The notes under the pieces are model-generated. The model had not been told where the DNA came from. It saw only the letters and a list, made by a program, of their open reading frames with translations, and made no database searches. A program made the translations under genes and the position numbers. This document shows, piece by piece, positions 1-9,254 of a DNA stretch of 64,000 nt; positions within the stretch are counted from its first letter, which is position 1; each line of letters opens with the position of its first letter. Source of the stretch: Bacteroidota bacterium (GTDB lineage Bacteria; Bacteroidota; JABWAT01); the NCBI GenBank assembly GCA_020161835.1, contig JAIUNL010000004.1:65049-129048 (forward strand), in the 5' to 3' direction.

Positions 1-116
1 TGAAAATCCGGCCACCGACGGAAAGGCGGGAATGACATTCTAAAAACAATAACAACCCCCTTTTTTTATACTTATACTTTGCTTTTTAAAGTTCTTTACA
101 CACAAGGAGATATAAC

Positions 117-869
117 ATGTTAACTGCTTTGCTTACACTCACACTGCTGACCGGAAATCCGGAAACATCCGAAATCCAATTCGCTTTAAATCAGCTTCAA
201 ACTGCCATCAACCGGTTTGAAGAAGCCGCTTTACTTACATCTATTTCCACTCTGGACAGTTTGTCGGCTCTTGTTCCCGAAAACGGACATCTGCTGGTTG
301 CTTCCGGATGGGCAAGATATGAACTCGGGACTTACTACATGGTCAGGAAAATGGGTGATAAAGTCACCGAAAATTATGACACCAATATGGAGTTCGCAGA
401 AAAACTGTCCTCACTTCCCGGCTACAAAGTAGACGGACTTGTTCTGAAAGCTGCATACACGATGAACAAACTGTCGGTTTCTGGTGGTGCTTCGGCTCCC
501 ATCCTTTCTTTCAAAACCCACGGTTATCTGGATGATGCAGAAGCCATCCAGCCTGAAAATCCACGGTTAAATCTGATCAGAGGGATGATGTATTTTTTCA
601 CCCCGAAAATGTTTGGCGGAAGTGCCGAAAAAGCCCTCAGCTATTTCGAAAAATCAGTTGCCGGATTTGAATCTGCACCAAACTATGACGGAACCTCTTA
701 TCGGTTAGCTTATGCAACCTCCTGTGCCTGGGCTGCTCAGGCTGCTTTCAAAATGGAAGATGGCGTACTGGCAAGAACCTGGTGCAACCGTGCCCTTTCC
801 CTTCAGCCGGAATACGGATTTGTGAAACACCAGCTTTTACCCATGGTTAACGAAAAATTCCCGGAATAA
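117..869 (+). CDS. hypothetical protein (possibly secreted/TPR-like), directly upstream of an outer-membrane receptor gene
   Basis: 250-aa ORF; no recognisable catalytic motif; tight spacing with the downstream outer-membrane protein gene suggests an operon. Confidence 0.4.
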   Translation: MLTALLTLTLLTGNPETSEIQFALNQLQTAINRFEEAALLTSISTLDSLSALVPENGHLLVASGWARYELGTYYMVRKMGDKVTENYDTNMEFAEKLSSLPGYKVDGLVLKAAYTMNKLSVSGGASAPILSFKTHGYLDDAEAIQPENPRLNLIRGMMYFFTPKMFGGSAEKALSYFEKSVAGFESAPNYDGTSYRLAYATSCAWAAQAAFKMEDGVLARTWCNRALSLQPEYGFVKHQLLPMVNEKFPE

Positions 870-873
870 TCCC

Positions 874-3087
874 ATGAAAACGACCCGTCATTTCATCGCC
901 ATTTTTCTTGCTGCAGGCTTATTCTTCATCAGCAGCAGCACCTTCGCCCAGACTAAAATTTCCGGAACGGTTAAATCCGGTTCCGGTGAACCTTTGAGTT
1001 ATGCCAATGTCATTCTGCTCGGCACCACTTCAGGAGGCATGACCGATGAAAACGGGTCGTTTTCCTTTTCCGCAACAAAAACAGAACCCGGAACTGTGCA
1101 GATTTCACTGCTGGGATATCAGAAAAAATGGGTAGCCATCAAGCCGGTAGCCGGTAAACCAGTTGTCATTAAAGTGACACTTGAAGAAGCCGATATCACC
1201 CTTTCTGAACTGGTTGTGACCGGATCTTCTTACAGCACCGAATCGGTTTCAGGTTTACCCGTAAGTCCCATGGAAATTGTGATGACGCCCGGCGGTGCTG
1301 CCGATGTTTTCCAGATGCTGAAAACCCTGCCCGGACTCACACCCGTTTCTGAAAGTGCAGATTTGTACGTCAGAGGCGGTGAACCGATGGAATCGGTTGT
1401 TCTGACTGATCAGGCGGCGATTTACCATCCGAGCACGTTTGAATCAACTTATGGCGGGTTGTTTTCTTCCCTTCCCCCATCGCTGGTGAAAAATCTGTGG
1501 TTTTCTTCCGGTGGTTTTCCGGCGAAATATGGAAATGCACTTTCCGGAATTCTGGATATTGAAACCCGGAATGAACCTACAGATTACCGGTTTAATTCAG
1601 GCTGGAATTTTGCGGGATGGGATGCGCAAGCCTCGATTCCCATTCGTAAAGAAAAATCTGGCATGACTGTTTTCTTCAAGAAAAGTGAGACCGGTCTGCT
1701 CATGAAAATCAATCAGAATACACGCCCCTTTACATCGTATCCGGCAGGTTGGACGACGGGCGGAACGTACAGTCACAAATATTCTGAAACCGGACGGGTG
1801 AAACTCAATATTCTGGCCGGTGAAGATGCACAGGGTGTAAATGTAAACCGTCCGGAAGGACAATCACAATTTGACGGAAATTCTGAGAATCAGAATCTCG
1901 GACTTTCATTGTCGGATGTGTGGAATCAGAAACTGGTCATCAAAACCGGTGTTGCCGTGAATCAGTTTGCCAAAACCTGGAAACTGGGTGTTCTGGATCT
2001 CGATGAAACCGACAGAACCGTGCAAACCCGTACCGATTTCGAATGGATGGGAGCCAACGGACAAAAATGGTATTTCGGCGGAGAAGTCCGTTTTCGGAAG
2101 GATGGCTTTTCCGGTAAAGTCCCGGCATCAGACAAAGATTACCGGTCTGGGGCAGCCTTTAAAACCATCAACCCGTCAGAATCTATCACAACCGGCGGCG
2201 GATATCTCGAATGGGAACAATCCGGCTGGCTGGGAATTCCGGCTTTGTCGACACGGGCAGGATTCCGCACCGACAACAGTTCCGACCGGAAAAATCCGAC
2301 CGTAGATCCCAGAATCACACTTGCAGGTCCGCTCTCAGGAAACTGGACAGCCAGTTTAAACTGGGGAATTTTCCATCAATCTGCCTGGCTGCCTGTATCC
2401 GACCGTCAGCATCTTAACAAAAACCTGCCGGCCATGTCGGCCATTCACACCGTATATTCAATGACCTATTCCGGTACCGAATCGAACACCTTCCGGGCAG
2501 AAATCTGGAATAAAAACTATGACCATCTTCCATTAAAAACCGGAACGACGTTTTCTTCGGATGGATACGGATTTGCCCGGGGTCTCGATGTGATTTACAA
2601 AGGATTGCTGCCCGGCGGCATTGACGGCTGGATCAGTTACGGATGGTCAGTTTCGAAAAGAAAGTGGCTCGATTCAGACGGACTTTCACCGTCTTCTGCA
2701 GATATTACCCACAACCTGACCTGGATCGGAAAGAAGAATCTAAATCCGTTCTGGCAGTTGGGATGGAATCTGAAACTGGCAACCGGCAGACCTTACACGC
2801 CCGTCACCGGCGGCCTTGCAGATACAACACTCGGATTATTCACTCCGGTTTACGGAAAAACCAATTCAGACCGGCTTCCCTTCTACCACCGGCTGGATGT
2901 GAGAATCACTTACACCAATTCATTTCTTGACCGTTTTTTTCTCGTTGGCTACGCAGAACTGCTGAATATTCTGGATACAGATAACCCGATGGGCTATTCC
3001 TGGAACTCAGATTACACGAAAAAAATACCGGTGAGAAGCTACTTCGGCAACCGGACGGTAGTGCTGGGAACTTCAATTTCTTTTTAA
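874..3087 (+). CDS. TonB-dependent receptor-like outer membrane beta-barrel protein with N-terminal carboxypeptidase-regulatory-like domain
   Basis: Signal peptide (LAAGLFFISSSTFAQ); N-terminal ISGTVKSG...GSFSF motif typical of the CarbopepD_reg-like domain preceding TBDR plug/barrel; C-terminal residue F typical of OM beta-barrels; 737 aa. Confidence 0.6.
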   Translation: MKTTRHFIAIFLAAGLFFISSSTFAQTKISGTVKSGSGEPLSYANVILLGTTSGGMTDENGSFSFSATKTEPGTVQISLLGYQKKWVAIKPVAGKPVVIKVTLEEADITLSELVVTGSSYSTESVSGLPVSPMEIVMTPGGAADVFQMLKTLPGLTPVSESADLYVRGGEPMESVVLTDQAAIYHPSTFESTYGGLFSSLPPSLVKNLWFSSGGFPAKYGNALSGILDIETRNEPTDYRFNSGWNFAGWDAQASIPIRKEKSGMTVFFKKSETGLLMKINQNTRPFTSYPAGWTTGGTYSHKYSETGRVKLNILAGEDAQGVNVNRPEGQSQFDGNSENQNLGLSLSDVWNQKLVIKTGVAVNQFAKTWKLGVLDLDETDRTVQTRTDFEWMGANGQKWYFGGEVRFRKDGFSGKVPASDKDYRSGAAFKTINPSESITTGGGYLEWEQSGWLGIPALSTRAGFRTDNSSDRKNPTVDPRITLAGPLSGNWTASLNWGIFHQSAWLPVSDRQHLNKNLPAMSAIHTVYSMTYSGTESNTFRAEIWNKNYDHLPLKTGTTFSSDGYGFARGLDVIYKGLLPGGIDGWISYGWSVSKRKWLDSDGLSPSSADITHNLTWIGKKNLNPFWQLGWNLKLATGRPYTPVTGGLADTTLGLFTPVYGKTNSDRLPFYHRLDVRITYTNSFLDRFFLVGYAELLNILDTDNPMGYSWNSDYTKKIPVRSYFGNRTVVLGTSISF

Positions 3088-3176
3088 ATGCGGATTTGCG
3101 CGCAAAGGCGCTAAGACACAAAGAAAACGCTAAGCGGAGGGAGGGTTTTTTATTTAATTCATGGATGAAATTCGTA

Positions 3177-3210
3177 GGGGCGACCGGCCGGTCGCCCGTG
3201 TTTTTTTGTT
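3177..3210 (+). terminator. rho-independent terminator (GGGGCGACCGGCCGGTCGCCC + TTTTTTTG) after TBDR-like gene
   Basis: GC-rich perfect hairpin followed by T-run. Confidence 0.75.
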
Positions 3211-3233
3211 TTTAATAGAAATACCGAATTAAG

Positions 3234-3312
3234 TTCCCCTCTCCCGATAAAATCGGGATTTTCAACTTTTCAAGGAGAGCCCGTCCCGAACGCTTTCGGG
3301 AGGTTAGGGGTG
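3234..3312. repeat. composite palindromic element (TTCCCCTCTCCCGATAAAATCGGGA...GGAGAGCCCGTCCCGAACGCTTTCGGGAGG..GGGG); copy at 15775-15850
   Basis: Direct comparison. Confidence 0.7.
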
Positions 3313-3601
3313 GTTTGATATTTAAACTATTAAAACCGCATTCCCAAAATTGATATTTAATCCTGATTTTATCCGCGAAATCAGCGGGATCTGCGGGAAA
3401 ATAGTACCTCCGGGATTACCGACCAGAGGTCGGTGTTACATAAATTCCCATCCCACCGCTCTGTGTTCATTGGTATTTCCTTTGTGCCCGTTGTGGTAAA
3501 ATAAAATTCCCATCCCACCGCTCTGCTTCCTCCGTGTCTCCGCGGTTGAATTTTCCACCTGCCCAAACATTAGAATCAGATTAGAGACCACCTCATTCCT
3601 T

Positions 3602-3623
3602 TAAATGAATTTGAATTCATTTA
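3602..3623. promoter_or_regulatory. palindromic operator-like site TAAATGAATT-TG-AATTCATTTA immediately upstream of tetR
   Basis: 10-bp perfect inverted arms with 2-nt spacer seen directly in sequence ~40 bp upstream of the TetR start; typical TetR-family autoregulatory operator architecture. Confidence 0.5.
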
Positions 3624-3664
3624 TAATTATCCTCAGATTTATCCCATCACAAAACAGGTGGGTC

Positions 3665-4252
3665 ATGAGAAGAAAAGAAGGTAATAAGGAAGAAGATATT
3701 CTGAAGGCAGCTACTGAAGTCTTTGCTCGGGAAGGATTTCACCTCGCCAAAATTTCGCAGATTGCTGAAAAGGCCGGACTTTCCGTCGGAACGGTTTATC
3801 TCTATTTCGAAAACAAAGATCATCTTTTGCAACGGATTTTCGAAACTCTCTGGGAAGGACTTCTCGACCATTCCCAAAAACTTATCGAAACCCCAAACCT
3901 GAATGCCCTTGAAAAGATTGACGGCATTGTGGATGTTGTGTTTGACACGTTTGCTGAAAATCCGTCTTTGGGGGCAGTATTCCAAAAAGAAATGCACCAC
4001 GTTTCAAATTTAAAACATACCCCTTTCCGCACTTACTTTGAACAGTTCATTTCCATCGGTGAAAAAATTCTTGCTGAAGGCCGTGAACAATCCCTTTTCC
4101 ATCCTGAAACCAATCTTCATGTTGCCGTTTCCTTCATTTTTGGCGGACTCCGGTTTTCGGTTCATCAGTGGACGTTACATCCTGATGCTGAATCCCTGGT
4201 CATTTTCAGAACGGGTATCAAGAAAATCATCCGGAATGGATTGTCTGTCTGA
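3665..4252 (+). CDS. TetR/AcrR family transcriptional regulator
   Basis: N-terminal HTH signature ILKAATEVFAREGFHLAKISQIAEKAGLSVGTVYLYFENKDHLL; start placed at the internal ATG (MRRKEG) rather than ORF-track start 3605. Confidence 0.8.
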   Translation: MRRKEGNKEEDILKAATEVFAREGFHLAKISQIAEKAGLSVGTVYLYFENKDHLLQRIFETLWEGLLDHSQKLIETPNLNALEKIDGIVDVVFDTFAENPSLGAVFQKEMHHVSNLKHTPFRTYFEQFISIGEKILAEGREQSLFHPETNLHVAVSFIFGGLRFSVHQWTLHPDAESLVIFRTGIKKIIRNGLSV

Positions 4253-4313
4253 GATCACCAGAAAATTCGTTTTTCACTTCACAATGAATTTTTTTCTTTT
4301 GCCTTTTTTTCCA

Positions 4314-4346
4314 GGTCTGCACCTTTTTCTGGGTGCAGAATTTTAT
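4314..4346 (+). terminator. stem-loop (GTCTGCACC..GGTGCAGAA) followed by TTTTATT between tetR and tolC-like gene; possible intrinsic terminator/attenuator
   Basis: 7-8 bp GC-containing stem followed by T-run, seen in sequence. Confidence 0.4.
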
Positions 4347-4360
4347 TACCAGCTATCAAC

Positions 4361-5815
4361 ATGAATACCCATAAAATTTCCCCGTTTTTCTTTCTTGCCC
4401 TGCTTCTCCCCCTGACAGGTACGTCTCAAAACTTTTCCCTCCCCGATGCGGTTCAGTCAGCCCTTTCCACCCATCCGAAACTGAAGCAAATGGAATCCCG
4501 GAAAGAACAAAAATCCGATCTGACCAAATCGTCCTGGGGAAATTATATGCCGTCAGTTTCCGTTCAGGGAACTTACAACCGGCTGAATGGTCCGCTCGAA
4601 ATTAATTTATCGCCGGTCCGGGAAGTCATTCTTCAGCTTCAGTCGAAAAACTCAGCAGAAATTAAAAATCTGTACGGAATTGCACAGGGTGCCGGTTCCA
4701 TGACCGATGCACAGAAAGCCCAGGTTGCAGCAGGAGCTTATCAGCAACTGGACAAATCCATTCCGGCTTTTGTGGAAAGTGTGAAAGATCAGACATATCC
4801 TTCCGCCAACATTACCGCCGTTCAGCCTCTTTTCACCGGTGGAAAACTGCTGGCAGCCTCTGGTTTTGCTAGAGCAGAAGAAGTTGCCGCCGATGCAGAA
4901 TTCAGAAAAACCCGGGAAGACATTATCCTTGAAACGACCAAATCGTACTGCACCGTATTACTGATGCAATCGGTTGTTGAAACCCGGAAACAGGTTCTCG
5001 TGGGCATGAAAATCCACCTGAAACAAGCTATCAAAGCCGAGTCGGAAGGACTGATTTCGTACCAGCAACGGCTCAGGGCAGAAGTTGCCGTGTCAGATGC
5101 AGATCAGAATTTATCCGCCGATCAGAATAATCTGGACCTTGCATTAACCGCTTTTAAATCCGTCGCCGGAATCCCGGAATCTGCTGTCATTTCGTTGACG
5201 GATTCTCTCTTTTTCCGGGAACTGTCCGATTCTGTTCAACTCGCCGGTTCCGGATTTTCCCATCAGCCGGTTCTGTCCCTGCTTTCTGCCAAAGAACAAT
5301 CAGCCGTTATGGGAAGCCGGGTTAAATTGTCTGAATTTATGCCAACCGTTGCCCTTTTCGGCCGGTATGAATTATTTCCTGATGATCTTTCTGTGCTGGA
5401 ACCGAAATGGATTGTTGGGGTTAGCCTCAGCATGAATTTGTTCCGTGGCGGATCATCTTATTACGACTGGCAAGCCGCAAAAAGTCAGGTTGATGAAGTG
5501 AAATTTGCCCGGAAGGAAGCAGAACGGCAGATCAGTTTATGGATGAGCAAATCGTGGCAAACCCAGAAAAGTGCTGCCAGCCGGTATCAGAATCTGGCCG
5601 TTAATGTGAAACTGGCCCAGGAAAATCTGCGTGTTGCAGAAACCCGTTTTAAAGCCGGAATGGCAACGTCTCTCGATGTCATTGATGCCCGGCTTGTTCT
5701 TGAAAAAAACCAGATTGACCGTCATCAGGCGTTGTTTACCTATCAGACGTCCGTGGCAGATTGTTATGCTGCAGCCGGACTTTCAGACCAAATTCTGACC
5801 TGGTGGGTTAAATAA
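4361..5815 (+). CDS. TolC family outer membrane efflux protein
   Basis: Signal peptide, 484 aa, two-repeat coiled-coil/beta architecture typical of OMF (TolC) proteins; operon position before HlyD-family adaptor. Confidence 0.75.
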   Translation: MNTHKISPFFFLALLLPLTGTSQNFSLPDAVQSALSTHPKLKQMESRKEQKSDLTKSSWGNYMPSVSVQGTYNRLNGPLEINLSPVREVILQLQSKNSAEIKNLYGIAQGAGSMTDAQKAQVAAGAYQQLDKSIPAFVESVKDQTYPSANITAVQPLFTGGKLLAASGFARAEEVAADAEFRKTREDIILETTKSYCTVLLMQSVVETRKQVLVGMKIHLKQAIKAESEGLISYQQRLRAEVAVSDADQNLSADQNNLDLALTAFKSVAGIPESAVISLTDSLFFRELSDSVQLAGSGFSHQPVLSLLSAKEQSAVMGSRVKLSEFMPTVALFGRYELFPDDLSVLEPKWIVGVSLSMNLFRGGSSYYDWQAAKSQVDEVKFARKEAERQISLWMSKSWQTQKSAASRYQNLAVNVKLAQENLRVAETRFKAGMATSLDVIDARLVLEKNQIDRHQALFTYQTSVADCYAAAGLSDQILTWWVK

Positions 5816-5846
5816 GTACGGAAAGAATTTTAAAAGGAAATTTGAA

Positions 5847-6827
5847 ATGAAATTGAATAAAACGTTACTCATTCTGCTGGTTCCCGTGATTCTGATTTCG
5901 GTAACGGTCGTTTATCTGCTGTTTAAACCGGAACCTGCCAACATCCGGGTGGGAATGATTGAGGCGCCGGAGACTGATATTGCTGTGAAAATCCCCGGAA
6001 GACTCGACAGTATTTTCGTTTCGGAAGGTGATGTGGTTTCTGCAGGAACCCGGCTCGGAACCATGAAAAGTCCGGAACTGCAGGCAAAAGCAAATGCTGC
6101 CGAAGACGCCTGGAAAGCAGCCAAACTGAAAGCCCAGATTGCCGGGAAAGGTGCGAGACCAGAAGAAATTAAGGCAGTGGAAAAACTGTATGAACAGGCC
6201 AGTCATCAGTTTGAACTGGCATCAAAAACCTGGAAACGGGTTCAGTCGGTTTATTCGGAAGGCGTCATGTCAACCCAGGAACGGGATCAGGCAGAATTTC
6301 AATTCAACGCTGCCCGTGATCAGATGGAAGCAGCAAAAGCCAAATCCGACATGGTGAAATCCGGACTCCGGCCCGAAGAAGTTCAGGCTGCAGAAGCCAT
6401 GGCTGCTGCTGCCGGAGAGCAATATAACGAAGTAAAAAGTTATCTGGACGAAACTCAGATTCAGTCACCGGTTGCCGGGGAAGTCACCAAAATTGTAGCA
6501 GATGCGGGTGAAATGGTTGCCGCCGGATATCCGGTTTTTACGGTCATAGACAGAAGTAAATCCTACGTCGTCATCAACGTCAGAGAAACCGATCTTGCTC
6601 TTATTAAAACAGGAACACAAATGCCGGGAAGGTTACCCGGACTTGGCGGCGAAACGGTCACCTTTGAAGTGTATTCTATTGCTGCTGCCGCCGATTATGC
6701 CACTTGGCGATCCACTCAGGAAAAAGCAGATTTCGATTTGAAAACTTTTGAAGTCCGCCTGAAACCCGTTTCGAAAGGAATTGATTTCCGTCCGGGAATG
6801 ACCGTTCAATTGGAATGGCCGGAATGA
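5847..6827 (+). CDS. HlyD family periplasmic adaptor (membrane fusion protein)
   Basis: N-terminal TM anchor, long Ala/Glu/Lys-rich coiled-coil hairpin, C-terminal beta-barrel-like domain; 326 aa; follows TolC gene. Confidence 0.75.
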   Translation: MKLNKTLLILLVPVILISVTVVYLLFKPEPANIRVGMIEAPETDIAVKIPGRLDSIFVSEGDVVSAGTRLGTMKSPELQAKANAAEDAWKAAKLKAQIAGKGARPEEIKAVEKLYEQASHQFELASKTWKRVQSVYSEGVMSTQERDQAEFQFNAARDQMEAAKAKSDMVKSGLRPEEVQAAEAMAAAAGEQYNEVKSYLDETQIQSPVAGEVTKIVADAGEMVAAGYPVFTVIDRSKSYVVINVRETDLALIKTGTQMPGRLPGLGGETVTFEVYSIAAAADYATWRSTQEKADFDLKTFEVRLKPVSKGIDFRPGMTVQLEWPE

Positions 6828-8026
6828 CAAAAAAACCACGTTCCCCCTGGGTGCAGATTGCCATCCGGGAATGGAACCGTATTCTTGAACGGAAAACCTA
6901 CTGGCTGCTGATGGTGATTCTTCCGCCGGTTCTGACGGTTTTCATCGGATCCATTTATCTGAAAGGATCCGTCACTGATATTCCGGTCGGGATTGTGGAT
7001 CTCGACCAGACGCCTCTTTCCCGGATGCTGATCAGAGCCATTGACGACTCGCAAGCACTTTCCGTGGAAGGTCACTACCTTTCTGTCACTGAAGCCAGGC
7101 AAGCCTTGTTGTTTGGTCGATTGCAAACTATTGTGGTAATACCGGACGGATTAACCTCCGATGCGAAATCCGGTCGGCCCGGCTCGGTGACAGTGCTTAA
7201 AAATGCCTCCAATCTTCTTTATTCCAACTCTGTTACCAAAGAAATTTCAACGATTGTCCGAACAGTTTCGGCAGGAATTTTAGTCCGCCGGTTTGAAGCC
7301 AAAGGCCAGCAACCCGATCAGGCGCTGGCATCCGCTGATCCAATCAAAGTGGACACTCACGGTCTTTACAATCCAACCTACAATTACGAACAGTTCCTGA
7401 TTCCGTCTCTCCTTGCCATGGTTTTGCTCTTGGGCGTCATGGTGGTTTCCGTTCTGGTTATTGCAGATGAATTCCGGGAAGGAACCTGGCAGGAAGTTTT
7501 GGATCTGTCAGGATCTGACTGGCTGGTCATTTTTTCCGGGAAATCGCTTCCCCATCTTTTTATTCACGGACTTCAGTCGGTCGTTCTGGTTTTCTTCTGG
7601 TTCCATGTATTCGGAATTCATCTTTCCGGATCGGCCGCCGGTGCAGTTTTCCTTTTATTTCTTCTGATTTCTGCTGGATTTTTTCTCGGGATGGCAGTTT
7701 CCTGCTGGATTCATGACGAATTTCTTTCTACCGAAGTGGCCATTTTTTTCAATACCCCGGCCTTCATCTTCAGCGGGTTAACCTTCCCCCTCTGGGCGAT
7801 GCCAGGCCTTCACCAGGGATTTGCAGGCATTCTGCCTTTCACCCATTTTCTTCGGGCATGGGTGAAACTGGCGGTGATGAACACGCCTGCCGATTCCTGG
7901 CTGGGTGATGTCCTGATTTTAGGCGGATTTTCTCTTCTCGGAATCGTGCTTTCTCTCCTTTTTTTGTACCAATCAACCCGTCCCGGATTTGTGATTGAAG
8001 AAGCCCATCCGGAGGTGGTTGTATGA
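6815..8026 (+). CDS. ABC-2 type transporter permease
   Basis: 403 aa; N-terminal TM then large periplasmic loop then 5 TM segments; overlaps the upstream HlyD gene by 13 bp; YhhJ/YbhS-like topology. Confidence 0.7.
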   Translation: MAGMTKKPRSPWVQIAIREWNRILERKTYWLLMVILPPVLTVFIGSIYLKGSVTDIPVGIVDLDQTPLSRMLIRAIDDSQALSVEGHYLSVTEARQALLFGRLQTIVVIPDGLTSDAKSGRPGSVTVLKNASNLLYSNSVTKEISTIVRTVSAGILVRRFEAKGQQPDQALASADPIKVDTHGLYNPTYNYEQFLIPSLLAMVLLLGVMVVSVLVIADEFREGTWQEVLDLSGSDWLVIFSGKSLPHLFIHGLQSVVLVFFWFHVFGIHLSGSAAGAVFLLFLLISAGFFLGMAVSCWIHDEFLSTEVAIFFNTPAFIFSGLTFPLWAMPGLHQGFAGILPFTHFLRAWVKLAVMNTPADSWLGDVLILGGFSLLGIVLSLLFLYQSTRPGFVIEEAHPEVVV

Positions 8027-9198
8027 TTCAATTCCGGCTAAGAGGCATGATTGCCACGGCAAAACGGGAAGCCCGGATGATCAAAGCCGATAAAAATATT
8101 CTGTTGATTATCATTCTGGCGCCTCTGTTCTACGCCTTTTTTTACACGGCCATTTACTATCACAAAGTTGAACTGAAACCGGCTGTTATTCTGGTTGATG
8201 AAGATCATTCTTCCCTCAGCCGCCAGCTCCTCCGTGCGTATGAAACCAGTCAGTATCTTGATGTTTATGTGTACCCGGGCCCCGGATCGGCCCAAAAAGC
8301 CATGGAAGATCTGGACGGAATGGCAATTATCCGGATTCCAGCCGGATTTCAATCTGACCGCCAGTCGGGCAAACGGGTGACGGTGAGTTTATATCTGAAC
8401 AACGCCTATTTTCTGGTATCCAACGATATCAACAAAGCTGTCAATGAAGTGACGGCAACGTTTGGCGCCGGCATCAAACTGAAAATCCTGGAATCGAAAG
8501 GCGAAAACCGGGAACAGGCACTTGCTCACATCGATCCCATTTCTGTCCGCAGTCATGCGCTTTCCAATCCGTCTGAAAGCTACGGGAATTTTATGATTCC
8601 TGCCCTGTTCATTCTGGTCCTTCACCAGACTTTGCTGATCGGACTTTCAGAAAGTATGGCGGATGAACGGGCAACCCGTTCTCTGGGTGAACTGTACCGG
8701 ACGGCAGAAGGATCAACCTGGGCGCTGGTCATGGGAAAGGGATCGTTTTACCTGGTGCTATATTGTGCGTATGCCGTCTTCTTCCTCACGATCGGACTTA
8801 CGTTTTTCAATCTTCAGGTTGCTGGAAGTTATCTGGCTCTGGCAGTTTTAACCGTTTTAATGATTTTGTCGGTGATTTATGCCGGGATTTTCCTGGCGTC
8901 TTTTTTCACGAGGAAGATTGTGGCTCTGCAGATTCTGGCGTTCACCACTTACCCGATATTTCTGGCATCAGGTTACAGCTGGCCGGAAGGCTCCATGCCG
9001 GTCTGGCTTCAGTGGCTGGCAAATCTGTTTCCGGGAACACCGTATTTTCAGGGATTCTCCAGAATTGTTTTCCTGGGTGCAGATCTGGAACACGTTCTCC
9101 CCGAACTTTTTCATCTGCTTCTGATTCTTGCTTTGGGAATTACTGCAACCCGGCTCCGTCTCCCGAAAATTGCAAAATGGCAGGCAGAGCACTACTAA
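8023..9198 (+). CDS. ABC-2 type transporter permease (paralog of the upstream gene)
   Basis: 391 aa; same topology and conserved blocks as the 6815-8026 product (e.g. IVVIPDG/IIRIPAGF, HGLYNPTYNY/HALSNPSESY); 4-bp overlap. Confidence 0.7.
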   Translation: MIQFRLRGMIATAKREARMIKADKNILLIIILAPLFYAFFYTAIYYHKVELKPAVILVDEDHSSLSRQLLRAYETSQYLDVYVYPGPGSAQKAMEDLDGMAIIRIPAGFQSDRQSGKRVTVSLYLNNAYFLVSNDINKAVNEVTATFGAGIKLKILESKGENREQALAHIDPISVRSHALSNPSESYGNFMIPALFILVLHQTLLIGLSESMADERATRSLGELYRTAEGSTWALVMGKGSFYLVLYCAYAVFFLTIGLTFFNLQVAGSYLALAVLTVLMILSVIYAGIFLASFFTRKIVALQILAFTTYPIFLASGYSWPEGSMPVWLQWLANLFPGTPYFQGFSRIVFLGADLEHVLPELFHLLLILALGITATRLRLPKIAKWQAEHY

Positions 9199-9254
9199 AA
9201 CAAAGGTTAAAGGTTTAATTGTAAAGGTTAAATGGGAAATGCAAATTTTCCCGC

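Noticed and set aside
8763-9218. 151-aa and other alternative-frame ORFs inside the ABC-2 permease genes (8763-9218, 8879-9124, 7413-7667)
   Set aside because: Fully embedded in alternative frames of strongly supported membrane-protein genes; Cys/Arg/Trp-rich translations typical of out-of-frame reading.
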